Source: Octopus vulgaris (taxonomy: Eukaryota). Taken from it: DNA of 64,000 nt. This document shows positions 40,092-53,841 of this stretch, one piece after another. Under the pieces are notes generated by a model. That model was not told where the DNA came from. It did no database searches and worked only from the letters and a program-made list of their open reading frames with translations. Location: assembly GCA_951406725.2 (NCBI GenBank), contig OX597815.1:183768001-183832000 (forward strand), given 5' to 3'. The first letter of the stretch is position 1, and each line of letters starts with the position of its first letter. Position numbers and translations under genes: made by a program.

Positions 40092-40470
40092 ATGGCCCAG
40101 TGGTTAGGGCAGCGGACTCGCGGTCGTAGGATCGCGGTTTCGATTCCCAGACCGGGCGTTGTGAGTGTTTATTGAGCGAAAACACCTAAAAGCTCCACGA
40201 GGCTCCGGCAGGGGATGGTGGTGATCCCTGCTGTACTCTTTCACCACAACTTTCTCTCACTCTTTCTTCCTCTTCCTGTTTCTGTTGTACCTGTATTTCA
40301 AAGGGCCGGCCTTGTCACTCTCTGTGTCACGCTGAATATCCCCGAGAACTACGTTAAGGGTACACGTGTCTGTGGAGTGCTCAGCCACTTGCACGTTAAT
40401 TTCACGAGCAGGCTGTTCCGTTGGTCGGATCAACCGGAACCCTCATCGTCGTAACCGACGGAGTGCTTCC
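40092..40470 (+). mobile_element. OR-type SINE (tail B)
   Basis: Homolog of 12977-13360. Confidence 0.9.
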
Positions 40471-41030
40471 ATCCATATAGAGAGAGATAAATACATCTTC
40501 ATACTTACCGATATCTATATATATGTGTGCGTGTGCTTATATATAAGTACAAGCGTATATGTACGTACGCGGACACACATATTGGCAGAGGAATGATAAA
40601 GAGAGTATAAAGAACAGGAATGATCACTTAAGGCCTTAAGGAGAAAGAAATAGTTTGACGAAAGTATCTGCAAAACGTTTCTCTATCTCACACAGATACC
40701 TCGAACACTACCACTTGTGCACAATTACTGCTGCATTAAAGCTTTTAGTGTTTCTTTATCTGATTCGTTTGTTCCATCTCGCTTTATCTGAAATGGATCT
40801 GAAACTTGCAAGATTATCCATTATCCTGGGTTAAATCTGCTTCTCCTCGCGAAGTGCGACAAAGTCTCTTTGTGAAATGATGAAGCTGTTTCAAAACAAA
40901 ATGTCTCTCTCTCCTTCTCCCCCTCTCTAATTTTATACACACAAACACACACAAGCACGGACGCATACATATACTCATACGCACACCCGCGAGATTCGCA
41001 CAAACGCGCACAAATACATATTTGGAATTT

Positions 41031-41080
<50 letters not shown>

Positions 41081-41083
<3 letters not shown>

Positions 41084-41488
41084 AGTGGCTGTGTGGTAAG
41101 TAGCTTGCTAACCAGCCACATGGTTCCGGGTTCAGTCCCACTGCGTGGCATCTTGGGTAAGTGTCTTCTGCTATAGCCCCGGGCCGACCAATGCCTTGTG
41201 AGTGGATTTGGTAGACAGAAACTGAAAGAAGCCTGTCGTATATATGTATATATATGTATGTGTATGTATGTGTATGTGTTTGTGTGTCTGTGTTTGTCCC
41301 CCTAGCATTGCTTGAGAACTGATGCTGGTGTGTTTACGTCCCCGTCACTTAGCGGTTCGGCAAAAAATCCGATAGAATAAGTACTGGGCTTACAAAGAAT
41401 AAGTCCCGGGGTCGATTTGCTCGACTAAAGGCGGTGCTCCAGCATGGCCGCAGTCAAATGACTGAAACATGTAAAAGAGTAAAAGAGT
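41081..41488 (+). mobile_element. CORE-like SINE
   Basis: Homolog of 2717-3122. Confidence 0.87.
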
Positions 41489-41719
41489 ATATATATATAT
41501 ATATATATATATGTCTGTATAAAATTAAAATAGACAACAGTGTGCAATGTGTTACCAAAAAGGTAAACCATAATTATCATTAAATATGACTAAGGTGCTA
41601 GAAACACCTACATTGCTAGAAATAAGAGCTAAAATGGTCTGATTCAGTAGTCAAAGCACATAACTCTATACATATATAATGGCAGTAATTGTTTGTATTC
41701 TGACTATAATTGTATATAT

Positions 41720-42026
41720 CACGTTATCACGTGACCGACCAGACCATCAGATGTTGTTACACATCGCTGGTCACAATGCGCTTCGCATTGTTTTAGCCTT
41801 CAAATGACCCCACCCCGCTGGCTAAGCGAGCAGGCCAAGAGAAGAAAGAATGAGAGAAAGTTATGGTGAAAGAGTACAGCAGGGATCACCACCCCCTGCT
41901 GGAGCCTCGTGGAGTTTTTAGGTGGTTTCGCTCAATAAACACTCACAACGCCCGGTCTGAGAATCGAAACCGCGATCCTCCGACCGCGTGTTCGCTGCCC
42001 TAACCACTGGGCCATTGCGCCTCCAC
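41720..42026 (-). mobile_element. OR-type SINE (tail A) with TSD
   Basis: TSD aattgtatatat at 41708-41719 and 42027-42038. Confidence 0.9.
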
Positions 42027-42440
42027 AATTGTATATATACTGATTGTAATTGTCCGAAAATATCGATCGGGAATTCGTAAGAGCGTCGGGCTCACAAACA
42101 TAATAAAGTAAGTTCGATTCCTGGAGCGGACTGTGTGTCGTATGAGCAAGACATGTTCTTTCACGTTGCTCCTGTTCATTCAGCTGTAAATATGATTTGC
42201 GACATCAGCGGTGCCAATCTGGATCGCTGGAGTTGAGAGGGGTGGCTGGCATGTATGGGTGACTGTTGATCTTCTATAAGTAAACTTACTTCAGCGGGAA
42301 ATTTTCTAGGTGCAATACCATGGTCATGTATATGTGTGTGTGTGTGGGGTGGTTGGGATTTGGTGGTGTTTGTTTGTGTGTCTAATAAGGGTAATGATAT
42401 CGAATCTTTCTGCTGCTATTATTATCATTATTATTATTAT

Positions 42441-42574
42441 TCAGGTCACAGCTTGGAATCGAACTCGGAATCTTGGGGTTAGTAACCACTACGCCATATG
42501 CCCGTGGGCGTAGTGGTTAAGAGCACTGGCCACTAACTCCAAGATTCCGAATTCGATTCCAAGCAGTGACCTGA

Positions 42575-42652
<78 letters not shown>

Positions 42653-43200
42653 TTATCATAGCCATGTGGGGGAGCATCATAGCCATGTGTTGAGAGGGAT
42701 TCTTTGGGGTTTGAATTATTCACCTCTGGAAACATGGGTGTTTCATTCAACATCCTTAAACAACCCTTATTCAGGGACCTTTTGAGCAGGATGGGTTACT
42801 CGACCTGAAGAAAATTCTAAGTGGGCCCCACCTGCAAGGTCATGTGCTGCTTATCTTGATATGAGATCACCATGTCGTGCCCATATGGTTGTGATGCATG
42901 TGCCTAGTGTACCCTTATCAGACGGGTATTCATGATGGGTATACTGGGCTTCGTATATTTTACCCCAGTGTCACTTTGATGGCATGCACTGCTCTCTCAC
43001 TCAATAATAATAATAATAATAATAATAACAACAACAGCAACATCGAAAAATACCTTAGGAATGAGAACCCAGGTTCGAAATTTTCCCCAAGACAGCTGAT
43101 GAAGGCTGAAACGTGTTAACAACAAATAAGATGAGGACAAATATCCGTCAAATGTAAATAATGTAAATAATGTACATACTTCCTCATCTCTTAAATATAG
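42441..43200 (+). mobile_element. Second tRNA-head/(AAT)n/HHR-tail element, with inverted head copy and nested insert
   Basis: Head 42507-42574, inverted head 42441-42495, insert 42655-43002, and HHR with deleted stem II at 43091-43117. Confidence 0.65.
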
Positions 43201-43364
43201 AACTGTATGAAGCACAAAATTGTTTAAATGCGGGCATGTGTGTTACAGTAAAAGAACGCCTTGGGATGTTAACCGAGTGTGTGAATTTGGAGTAGGAGAA
43301 AAGTGGTATTAACATGAGCCGAAGTGTGTGATGAAGAATAATTACGGGATTTTTATGGGATTTC

Positions 43365-44490
43365 TCCTTAGGGACAAAAGCCCGACACTTTTAAGGAGGG
43401 AACCAGTCGATTCGATCGACTCTAGTACGCAACTGGTACTCAATTTATCGACCCCGGAAGGATGAAAGGCAAAGTTTTCTTCGGCAGTATTTGAACTCGG
43501 AACATAAAGACAGACGAAATACCGCTAAGCATTTTTGCTCGGCGTGCTAACGTTTCTTTTCTACTCTAGGCACGAGGCTCGAAATTTTTGGGGGAGAGAA
43601 CCAGTCGATTAGATAGACCTCAGTACGCAACTGGTACTTAATTTATCGAACCGGAAGGATGAAAGGCAAAGTTTTCTTCGGCAGAATTTGAACTCGGAAC
43701 GTAAAGACAGACGAAATACCGCTAAGCATTTTTGCTCGGCGTGCTAACGTTTCTTTTCTACTCTAGGCACAAGGCTCGAAATTTTTGGGGAGAGAACCAG
43801 TCGATTAGATCGAGCCCAGTACGCAACTGGTACTTAATTTATCGAACCGGAAGGATGAAAGGCAAAGTTTTCTTCGGCAGAATTTGAACTCGGAACGTAA
43901 AGACAGACGAAATACCGCTAAGCATTTTTGCTCGGCGTGCTAACGTTTCTTTTCTACTCTAGGCACAAGGCTCGAAATTTTTGGGGAGAGAACCAGTCGA
44001 TTAGATCGACCCCAGTACGCAACTGGTACTTAATTTATCGAACCGGAAGGATGAAAGGCAAAGTTTTCTTCGGCAGAATTTGAACTCGGAACGTAAAGAC
44101 AGACGAAATACCGCTAAGCATTTTTGCTCGGCGTGCTAACGTTTCTTTTCTACTCTAGGCACAAGGCTCGAAATTTTTGGGGAGAGAACCAGTCGATTAG
44201 ATCGAGCCCAGTACGCAACTGGTACTTAATTTATCGAACCGGAAGGATGAAAGGCAAAGTTTTCTTCGGCAGAATTTGAACTCGGAACGTAAAGACAGAC
44301 GAAATACCGCTAAGCATTTTTGCTTGGCGTGCTAACGTTTCTTTTCTACTCTAGGCACAAGGCTCGAAATTTTTGGGGAGAGAACCAGTCGATTAGGTCG
44401 AGCCCAGTACGCAGCTGGTACTTAATTTATCGAACCGGAAGGATGAAAGGCGAAGTTTTCTTCGGCAGAATTTGAACTCAGAATGTGAAG
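43365..44490 (-). repeat. SINE-derived tandem array, 196-bp unit, about 5.7 copies
   Basis: ctactctagg at 43561, 43758, 43954, 44150 and 44346; the unit is a Meta-like SINE body. Confidence 0.93.
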
Positions 44491-46661
44491 ATCTGTAAGA
44501 CGTTTCAAAATTTCTCCATCTGAGATTCTTTAGGTGAATAGATGTGTGCATCGACAGTTCAACAAACACATCAACTCAACCACATATTTACAAACATCGG
44601 GAACTTTCTTAACTCAAAAGTGTTGTTTTCTCAGCGACCGGCTTGAACTCTCTCAAGAAGAACTTAAATAAAATTCAAAGAAAAAACATACATACATACA
44701 TACATGCACATCATAAACACATAACACACACATACACACACATCTTTTTAGGACTTCAACAGTGCATTTATTTATTTATTTATTTGCATAAATTTTGTAC
44801 ACATATCGACGTTGGTAGGTGTTTTCTTGCATTATATTATTTTTTGGTAAAAAGGAGTTATTGCAGAATTGGAGTGACGCAGAAAGAACAAAAAAGGGAA
44901 AATAATAACAATTAAAAAAACCATATTTACTAAAGTTTCAGGAAGTAAACGAAATCTGAGATCGAGTTAAAAAGTAATTGTCTTTTTTGGAATTATCATA
45001 AGACAAAATGGTTTATGCGGTCTTCTGTATTTAAAATAGCATCCATTCTGTGATATCGTTTTGAAATTTAATTAATCTGTGATTTTTCGTGACTAAAATC
45101 TCTTCTTTTCATTGAGAAAGAATGCAATATCTGATGTATTTCATATTTATTACTATTTTCAGCATTTCTTAAGTAATCTTGATCTTGTTTTTATATAAGT
45201 TTCTATCAATGTTAATGGCAAACCTCGAAATACCACAGAGCTTTATTCTTGTGCATCACTATTTTTATGTAAGACGCTTTTGAAGGTTCGGTATATTTCA
45301 TTTACTCGAAAAAAAAAAAACGAAATATTCTTTTTTGTAGCTTTAGTACACCATAGAATAAAGAAGGAATATAAAGGTGTGGCTGTCTAGTCAGTATTCT
45401 TTGGAAAAAACAGCATTTCGAAATGAAATTGCAAATATTACTTTTCGTATTTGCTTAATATTTACTTTTATGAAACTATTAAAAGAAAAGAAGAAAAAGT
45501 TTTCCCTCAGTTTTGCGGAATTATCTGAAACTTGCCTAGAAACCGGAAAAAATAGTTTTAAATTTAGATCATATAAGATCATTTGTACTTTTTTATGAAT
45601 AAAATTAGTCGTTACCACTTCATAATACTCAAAATTCCTGTGATTTCGAATACGGTCTTTTCTATAGCTTGATTCCCTAGAGGAATAAAAACATTCATTT
45701 TCTTTAAAAGATTATTACCTGTAAATATTTTCAACTCTATCTGAATGCATAACCTTATAAGCATACACTTGCAACATGTTTTTCCATGCAGCTGTGTATG
45801 GATTCGGAGTTTAGCTTTGAAGGAAATCAGAGAAATCCATGAAAGTTTTTACTGAATGACGAGGAAAAAAAAATAAACAAAAAGGCAAAAAAAAGAAGAA
45901 GAAAAAAAGAAGAAAAAAAAAGAAAAAGAAAAATGAGACAATATTTAACATCAAAGAAAATCACAATCGAAATATTCTTACCGTCTCTATACATATCCTT
46001 TGCAACACAGCATTTCATAAAATATTTCTTTGCTATATTTTTTAACGTACGAGTCTTCAGTCATAACTAATATTGTGAACTTCCAAACTTTTTATTTGTA
46101 CATCATGGTGAAGTAGAGCAAATTGCTTAACATCATGATGTTTTCATCTTTTTGTGGAGTTCTCTTCCGAAACATGTCTGAAAGCTAACTAAATTTGCTC
46201 TCGCTTTTATTAATTCTAACCTAAAATATGTCTTTCCGATTCCTGATCTTTTCTCTCGTAACCGCAAAATACGTTATTCATGCAAAGTTATTTTTAAACG
46301 TGTTCTTTAGATTAAAACCATTCGTAATTGGAAATCAATTTGTGCATCCTTTTCATGCCAGGATTTTCATATTTCAAAAACTATATTCATGCATAGCTTA
46401 TACTACCCGTCTCCCCTACACTCGCCAATCCCCACCGTCGGCACATCTCGTTCATTTTTAGACTCCCTTGAGAATACATGTAAATATAAAGGAATTGCTA
46501 TTTGGGATGCAATCAGTGTATAAACAGAGGCATAATTATACGTATATACATACACAAATACATACACGCACGCACACATGTACACATACACATATACATA
46601 TACACCCATCTTATGTAAGTATTGGTATGGATCAATGCATATATATATATGTACGTATATG

Positions 46662-46667
<6 letters not shown>

Positions 46668-46727
<60 letters not shown>

Positions 46728-46756
46728 TAATAATAATGATAGTGATAATGATGATG

Positions 46757-46804
<48 letters not shown>

Positions 46805-46930
46805 TGGGTGGTACATGAAAAATAAGGGGTGTTACCATAGTTCACTGGCAGTGAACAGCTGGCACCGTAGTATATCTCCAGGGTTAGAAGCTATGCAATG
46901 ACAATAAATAATAATAACAACAATAACAGC

Positions 46931-46966
<36 letters not shown>

Positions 46967-46985
46967 AATAATTATAATAATAATA
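46668..46985. repeat. (AAT)n/(AAC)n microsatellites around a ~100-bp unique insert
   Basis: Direct reading. Confidence 0.9.
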
Positions 46986-47984
46986 CACACACAGCACACA
47001 CATGCACACACATGCACACACACACACACGCGCGCATTTATATAGTCATTCCATTACAATTTTAAAAATACCTTATATAATGAATCTATGTACCAGTAAA
47101 AAAAATTGAATATATTATGAATCAATGATGTCGTAAGAGTGAATATTACTCATAAAACAAATCTAAATATTTAACTATTTTATTTATTTATTGCACTTTT
47201 CTTCACACTTCTCTGATTGGTTACTGCTTTGAAGAAGCCTTTTATACATTGACAACCCGACACAGGTTATATACTAATCAATACCTTTATTTTTTTAATA
47301 TTATTTATCTATTTATCTAATTCCTAAGCAGGCAATTCGACCAAACGAATGTGATCGATGCCAACATACGTGTATTTAGTCAAATTTGAATATAACAACA
47401 CACTTGTGTGTTTGTGTATCAAAGTTAAGTGAATTTCAAAAGAATGCTGAGATATAATAGATATGATATTAAAGAAATCATGTGGATCGCTGCAAACAAC
47501 CAGACGGATATATAATTAAACCTACAGGCAACACCATTCTTCCGAATACTTAGTGTATACAGTCCAACTATTTTTGGAATCGGTTTAATTGTCTTTTCAA
47601 AGTCGAGAAAAATATTTAACCAAAGAGGAGCATGCTAAATAATTGATATTAACCTTTAAATATGGATTTCATGTAATCATTTTCATTCAACATTTTTAAA
47701 TGACTCCAACTCGTTACCAGTCTATACATTTATATAGATATTCACAGAGAATTTAAAGAAGGTTCTTTTTCTAACATTTTCTTTTTGCTCTTCTACGTTT
47801 AATTTTCTTAATTTGAAGTTATGCAGTTGTTTGGATGGAAATGAGATAAAAAGTACTTGTTCCATTTAAGTGCAAAACAATATCTTCTCAAGAAATATTT
47901 AGAATGCAGTTCTTTCACCTTCCTTCAAATAGATTCACACAGAAACACGCACAAACTTACATACATTCATACAAAATACATATA

Positions 47985-48210
47985 TATTTCGTTATTGCCC
48001 ACAAGGAGCTAAACACAGAGGTGACAAACAAGGACAGACAAACAGATTAAGTCGATTACATCGACCCCAATACGTAGCTGGTACTTATTTAATCGACCCC
48101 GAAAGGATGAAATGCAAAGTCGACCTCAGCGGAATTTGAACTCAGAACGTAGCGGCAGACGAAATACCGCTGAGCATTTTGCCCGGCGTGCTAACGTTTC
48201 TGCCAGCTCG
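47985..48210 (-). mobile_element. Meta-like SINE
   Basis: Homology to 5338-5570. Confidence 0.83.
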
Positions 48211-48868
48211 ATGCTTTCAGCTGAATCTTTTTCAAACAACACACTACCATTTCAGAAAGGAAAGTATTTGAAGCACCCCCCTTTCATCATAGTTATATTT
48301 TATGAAATATAAGCTAGGGCTAAACTATACTCAAAAAAGAAACCCCTTAGTCTATTGTTCTTATTTTGGTTCCCCAAACTACGTCCATTATTTATAGAAG
48401 GCATCATCATTATTATCATTACGCAGTCATGGAAAAAAGTAGACAAATACCAGAAGAATAACAACAATAACAAAACAACAGCGGCAATAACAACAACACT
48501 AGCAGCATGAACAATGACATGTCAATCAAGGAAGTTCACAACCATCCTTAGGAAAGCAATCTGTAAGAGTACAAACATGACCATCACAATTACCCCAAGA
48601 ATAAATAACGGAGGCCACAACGACACAAATAACAGCAGTTAGCGGTAGCAACAACAACAGCAGCAATAATAACAGCACTAATAGCAACAGTTAAAAAAAC
48701 ATAAAAGCGGCAGAACACAAGGCATTGGCAACAGCAACAAAAAGAACAATAGCAAGGCTTCTTTCCCTGTAGAAGTCTTTACAAGGGATTTTTATATTAT
48801 ATCCCTAGAAGATAAACGGACAAAATTACACCGAGACTGGGTTGTCGGTACTACAATATATGCTGCTA

Positions 48869-49253
48869 TGGAAGCACTCCGTCGGTTACGACGACGAGGG
48901 TTCCGGCTGATCCTATCAACGGAACAGCCTGCTCGTGAAATTAACGTGTAAGTGGCTGAGCACTCCACAGACATGTGTACCCTTAACGTAGTTCTCGGGG
49001 ATATTCAGCGTGACACAGAGAGTGACAAGGCCGGCCCCTTGAAATACAGGTACAACAGAAACAGAAAGTAAGAGTGAGAGAAAGTAGTGGGGAAAGAGTA
49101 CAGTAGGGATCACCACCATCCCCTGCCGGAGCCTCGTGGAGCTTTTAGGTGTTTTCGCTCAATAAACACTCACAACGCCCGGTCTGGGAATCGAAACCGC
49201 GATCCTATGACCGCGAGTCCGCTGCCCTAACCACTGGGCCATTGCGCCTCCAC
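48869..49253 (-). mobile_element. OR-type SINE (tail B) with TSD
   Basis: TSD tatatgctgcta at 48857-48868 and 49255-49266. Confidence 0.92.
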
Positions 49254-49447
49254 CTATATGCTGCTATATGCAAGACCAGACTGTTATTGTTTCGATAGCA
49301 TTCAACCGGAGTTTGCAGCAGGACTAAACGGAGAGATTTAATTGTGGGGTCGCCGGGAAATATTGAAGTTGTTTTAAAGAAAATATTTTAATTATTTTTG
49401 GTACTGTTATTTTCTGTATCAGTTGAATTTGTGATGGTAATTGTAAA

Positions 49448-49780
49448 AGGGTAAAGACCCCCTTCGGTCATGAATGACCATGGGATTGCACCTAGAAAGT
49501 TACCCTCCTAGACACAAGTCCGGGCAAGGTTGTTTATGGAAGACCAGCAGTCGTCCATGCATACCAGCCTCCCCTTTCCACACCACCAGTGTTATCCAAG
49601 GGAAAGACAAAGGTCGATACAGCTTGGCACCAGTGACGTCGCAACTCATTTCTACAGCTGAGTGAACTGGAGCAACGTGAAATAAAGTGCCTTGCTCAAG
49701 AACACAACACGCAGCCCGGTCCGGGATTCGAGCTCACAACCTCACGATCGTAAGCTCGACGCTCTAACCACTGAGCCATG
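49448..49780 (-). mobile_element. tRNA SINE (tail C) with TSD
   Basis: TSD atggtaattgtaaa at 49434-49447 and 49778-49791. Homolog of 26484-26822. Confidence 0.9.
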
Positions 49781-50025
49781 GTAATTGTAAAGGCTTAATA
49801 TTTAATAGAAGAAAGTTGTTCTGTTCGTATATGACGCCATCTGCATTAACAAAGGTATTGGTTGTGATAACGACATAATGTGCGGATGTCTAATAGTTTG
49901 AAATTGAATGTCCGGTAGAAAAAAAAGGCAGATATCACAAGCCATAAAACAAATCAAAATGTATGAATTATCGTCAAGTTGTTTCCTCCAAGCCTGTTCA
50001 TCTTCATCTCCGTTTTAGTACTGTA

Positions 50026-50413
50026 CTAGCAGTATCGCCCGGCGTTGCTCAGGTTTGTAAGGGAAATAACTATAAAGCATTTTTAGAGAGTTATAGCCAA
50101 AAAATAGCAAAAAAATGGAAAAAAATGATGGTAAATTTTTTTTGAGAGTTAAAAAAGGTGGAGTTGCGTCCCCTAGACAGTTTGCGGTTTGTGTTTCTGA
50201 TTCTCGACCCCATGTCGAATTTATCGATTTTTTTAGAACTGGGGGAACTTTTCAAAATTTTCGCTGCGTTAGTTTTGAATTATGACATTGGGCTATGTGT
50301 GTGTCAAGTTTCATCAGAATCGGTTGAAAGCCGTGGTCAGGGTGAGGGTACAAGCAAACAGACACACAGAAACACGCACAGACAAACTACCGTTTATATA
50401 TAGAGAGAAGAGA
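50026..50413 (-). mobile_element. Non-autonomous Helitron-like element
   Basis: Minus strand has a 5' TC, an internal (CTGT)-like tract, and a subterminal GC hairpin before 3' CTAG, at an A|T site. Confidence 0.65.
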
Positions 50414-51249
50414 TGAACGGGGAGGGAAATGAACCTCATTGTAAGCGTAGCTGACATATTACTAGTTTTTTAAATTTTTTTATATTGTGCATTTTCAGAG
50501 GAAGATTTGGCTGTTACACTGAAAAAACCCAGTGAAAAGATACAGGCTTACTAGTACAGTACTTGTTTTATATTTCTTTCTGAAAACAAGCTATTTTCTT
50601 TAAAAGTTTCCACACACTGCATTCCGAAATATTCTTCGAAGTGAAATCTGGTACCGACAACGACGGACCCAATACAGAAGTAGCAATAACAGGAGTAAAA
50701 TACTCACTAATTGCAACAGTAATATTCTCAACGAGACATTTGTTAATGAGAAATTTCAGTGATTGAAGATCAAAGTGATGTAAGAGTACAGGCAAGAGAA
50801 ATCGATTCCAGAAATAAATAGATTTCGTGAAAATAACAATCAGTTGTTGTCTAGGAGAAGGAAAAAAAAATCAAAGGCTTGAAATAGACAGCAAATTAAT
50901 CCTCAATTTAAAAAGAAATTAAATTTAGAAATCTATTTTAACGTTTAGAATTCCATATTCTATCCCTTTAAATAGTTATTCAATTTGTAACGCTCTTTAA
51001 TTTAATAGAAACGGAGATTCAAAGTGGATTTAATGAAAATAAATTTCAAGACTATTTTATGATCCACGTGCGCACAATAAAGAAATTTGGAAAAAAACTT
51101 TGAATCGTGTTGTAATATATTGAATGATTTAAATAGTGAGTAATGATTTAAATAGTGCTGATTAATAATTTATCAATCTATCTATCTGTCTATGTATGTA
51201 TGTATGTATCTCTCTCTCTCTCCCTCTCCCTCTCTCTTTGTCTGTTTCT

Positions 51250-51945
51250 CTGACGCTGAGGGGCATCCCGCGAGAGCTGGGATGCAGGAGCATCGTGTTT
51301 GCATACGTGGACGACGTCAACGTCATATTGTCGTGCCACGGGCATATCGACCAGGTCGGCGAGACACTAAAAGAATGCGAAGCGATAACGGGAGCAATAA
51401 TTAACCGGGAAAAGTCAGTGGACTTGCGGCTCGGCACCTGTAAAACCAAGCCCATGCCGTCTCTATAGTGGGACGCTGGACCGACGGACCGGTTAAATTG
51501 TTCTGGTTCGGTTCAGACCTCAAATGGAGAAGAACTGGGGCGAGATAATGACTAGGGTGGCCACTCTCACCCAGCAATGGGACGAGAGGAAGCTATCCCT
51601 AAAAGGTCGGGCGGAGGTGGCGAACGCATACATCGCATCCATCATCGATTACCGTCTGACCGTCGTGCCATGTCCCGACCGTACCATCACCAAAATTGGA
51701 ACGCATACTCTTCGGCTTTTCGTGGAAGGAAGCGTTCCGATGGTTAGACGATCCATTTGCTATCAACACCCGCTAAATGGAGGGCTGTGCATGCCGTCGT
51801 TGATGATGTGCAGACATGCGTTGTGACTGCGGCATCTCCGGCGCTTCAAAGACGCCGTTTGTGCGGCGCGCTTTCCTGCAGCTCGTCTTCTTGGCCGAAC
51901 TACAGTCGTGGATCAAACAGAGACCGAGGCTAGGCGAATGGCAAC
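51250..51945 (+). mobile_element. Tx1/L1-clade LINE RT fragment, degenerate
   Basis: FAYVDDV...GAIINREKS; WDERKLSLKGRAEVAN; HPLNGGLCMP. Confidence 0.85.
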
Positions 51946-52035
51946 AGGTACTTAATTTATCGATCCCGAAAGGATGGAAGGCAAAGTTGATAATGATGCT
52001 CTAAATTTCCCCACTCTGTCAGAAGGTATCGATTA

Positions 52036-52500
52036 TGCCATATTAATGTGTAGGATAGAACTTATATCAATAACTGTCCTGAAATGTCTGTAAGATACCA
52101 CCTTCCCATGAGACATGACATGGTCGCCAAGACGGTTTATAATGCTACATAGAAGAATTATTCTTTTGGTAACCATATTAAAGGCGCACCAGGACCAGAA
52201 AATATCTACACCATTAAAAGCAAGGAATTTTTGACAGAACACTCCAATAAAAACAGCAGCCCGGTGTAAGCACAACTGGCCAGATATAGATGTATGGGTC
52301 ACGGGACAAAAGCTGTGTAGCATTATAGAGATCAGATGACCAGTGGGTGGAAATGACACTTTAAAAACTGTGCAAAGCAGAACAGTTACGAAGAACTGCA
52401 GCTCTTATATCCAGGCGACAGTTCTATATGCTCAGGTTTTCATCGATGCACGGGTCGTCGTGACAACAAATCTGCATAAAAAATTTAAATACTTCAGTTC
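52036..52500 (+). mobile_element. R4/Dong/NeSL-type LINE C-terminus: zinc knuckle and restriction-like endonuclease remnant
   Basis: NNCPEMSVRYHLPMRHDMVAKTVYN and CKHNWPDIDVW...KLCSIIEI (RHD and PD..E motifs), with stops. Confidence 0.8.
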
Positions 52501-52849
52501 TCCAACAAATAACAGGGCAGATTGGTTCGCGTTTTGATAGAATCTGAAATAGTGACAAGTGAAGACGTTTCAGAATCTCATATATAAATATGAAATACAT
52601 ATGAACGAAAGGCGTATAAACAGTAATGAAACTGGTTGTATCCTGATTCACTTCCCCATAAGCACAGATTTATCCAACATCTACGCATATGCACTCAACA
52701 AGCACACATACGTGCAGAAAAAAATGCAGCTAAACACAATACTCAAGGGCAGTCTTAATTGAAATAGAAGAGTCTTACCATTCTGTTAATGGCCAGTTTG
52801 AATTCTGCTAATGAAAATATTTACAATATATCCCAAAGCCACATGGATA

Positions 52850-52939
52850 TATACATACATACATACATACATACATACATACATACATACATACATACAT
52901 ACATACATACATACATACATGCATACATACATACATACA

Positions 52940-52971
<32 letters not shown>

Positions 52972-52975
52972 CATG
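52850..52975. repeat. (ACAT)n microsatellite
   Basis: Direct reading. Confidence 0.97.
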
Positions 52976-53841
52976 CATAATATACATGCATGCATGATAT
53001 AGGAAAATGAAAATGTATCTTTGGGGAATATGTTTGAATTACTTTTAAACTTTCGCCTGTCTCTTGTTTATATATTCTGCCGTTGAAGAGATTTTAAGTA
53101 ATTGATGAGTATTCTTGATGTTGGTCTACATCACCAAATTAACTATTTCAATATAACCACTATTTTGATATCAATATAACGTACTGCACCTTCCTTCAAT
53201 ATCAGAACAACGAACAATGTCGCGAGGGAGTTTTAATGCTTGTGGAAGGAAATATGGCTCTGATTGAAGATTTTGTATTGAATGTACGATAATTGAAATA
53301 AAGTGTACATAAACAAATCTAAGGCAATTTTACGGGAAATTTTTCCATTAAATAGTTATGGACCGCTGTAATGCTCGTACTTTGGCATGCTGGGTTTGCT
53401 TTGCCCTGAAAGTGTTTATTTCAATAAATGCCTTTCACAGTTTTCAACTCCAGTTTCGCTTAACGGGTAATGGTTTTAGATTTATTCTCCTGGTTGTAAC
53501 GTATGGCTTACTTATTTTCGTTAATATAATTCAGTGAAACTAAGGGAGTTTCCTTCACTAATGAAACAGGCATGTCACGTCTATCGCTAGAGAAATAACT
53601 ACGTCAGTATTTCCCCTCAATAATGTGTAGGTGATTATATTAAAGAACGGACATTTACACCTTGGTTTCATTTTCTCACTTATCTTCTCTCTGCATTTTC
53701 GTTTTGACAGTTACACCCATTTAGCCTCACACACAGACATGCCTTCATACTCATGCATATAAATGAACATTTGACTTTTTATTTTGATAATTTAACCACT
53801 TGTTATCTACACGTTATTTATTTCACATAACTCTTTTTAAG

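Noticed and set aside
43365-44490. CRISPR-like array (also 60741-61008 and 18428-18600)
   Set aside because: No unique spacers, eukaryotic context, and no cas genes.
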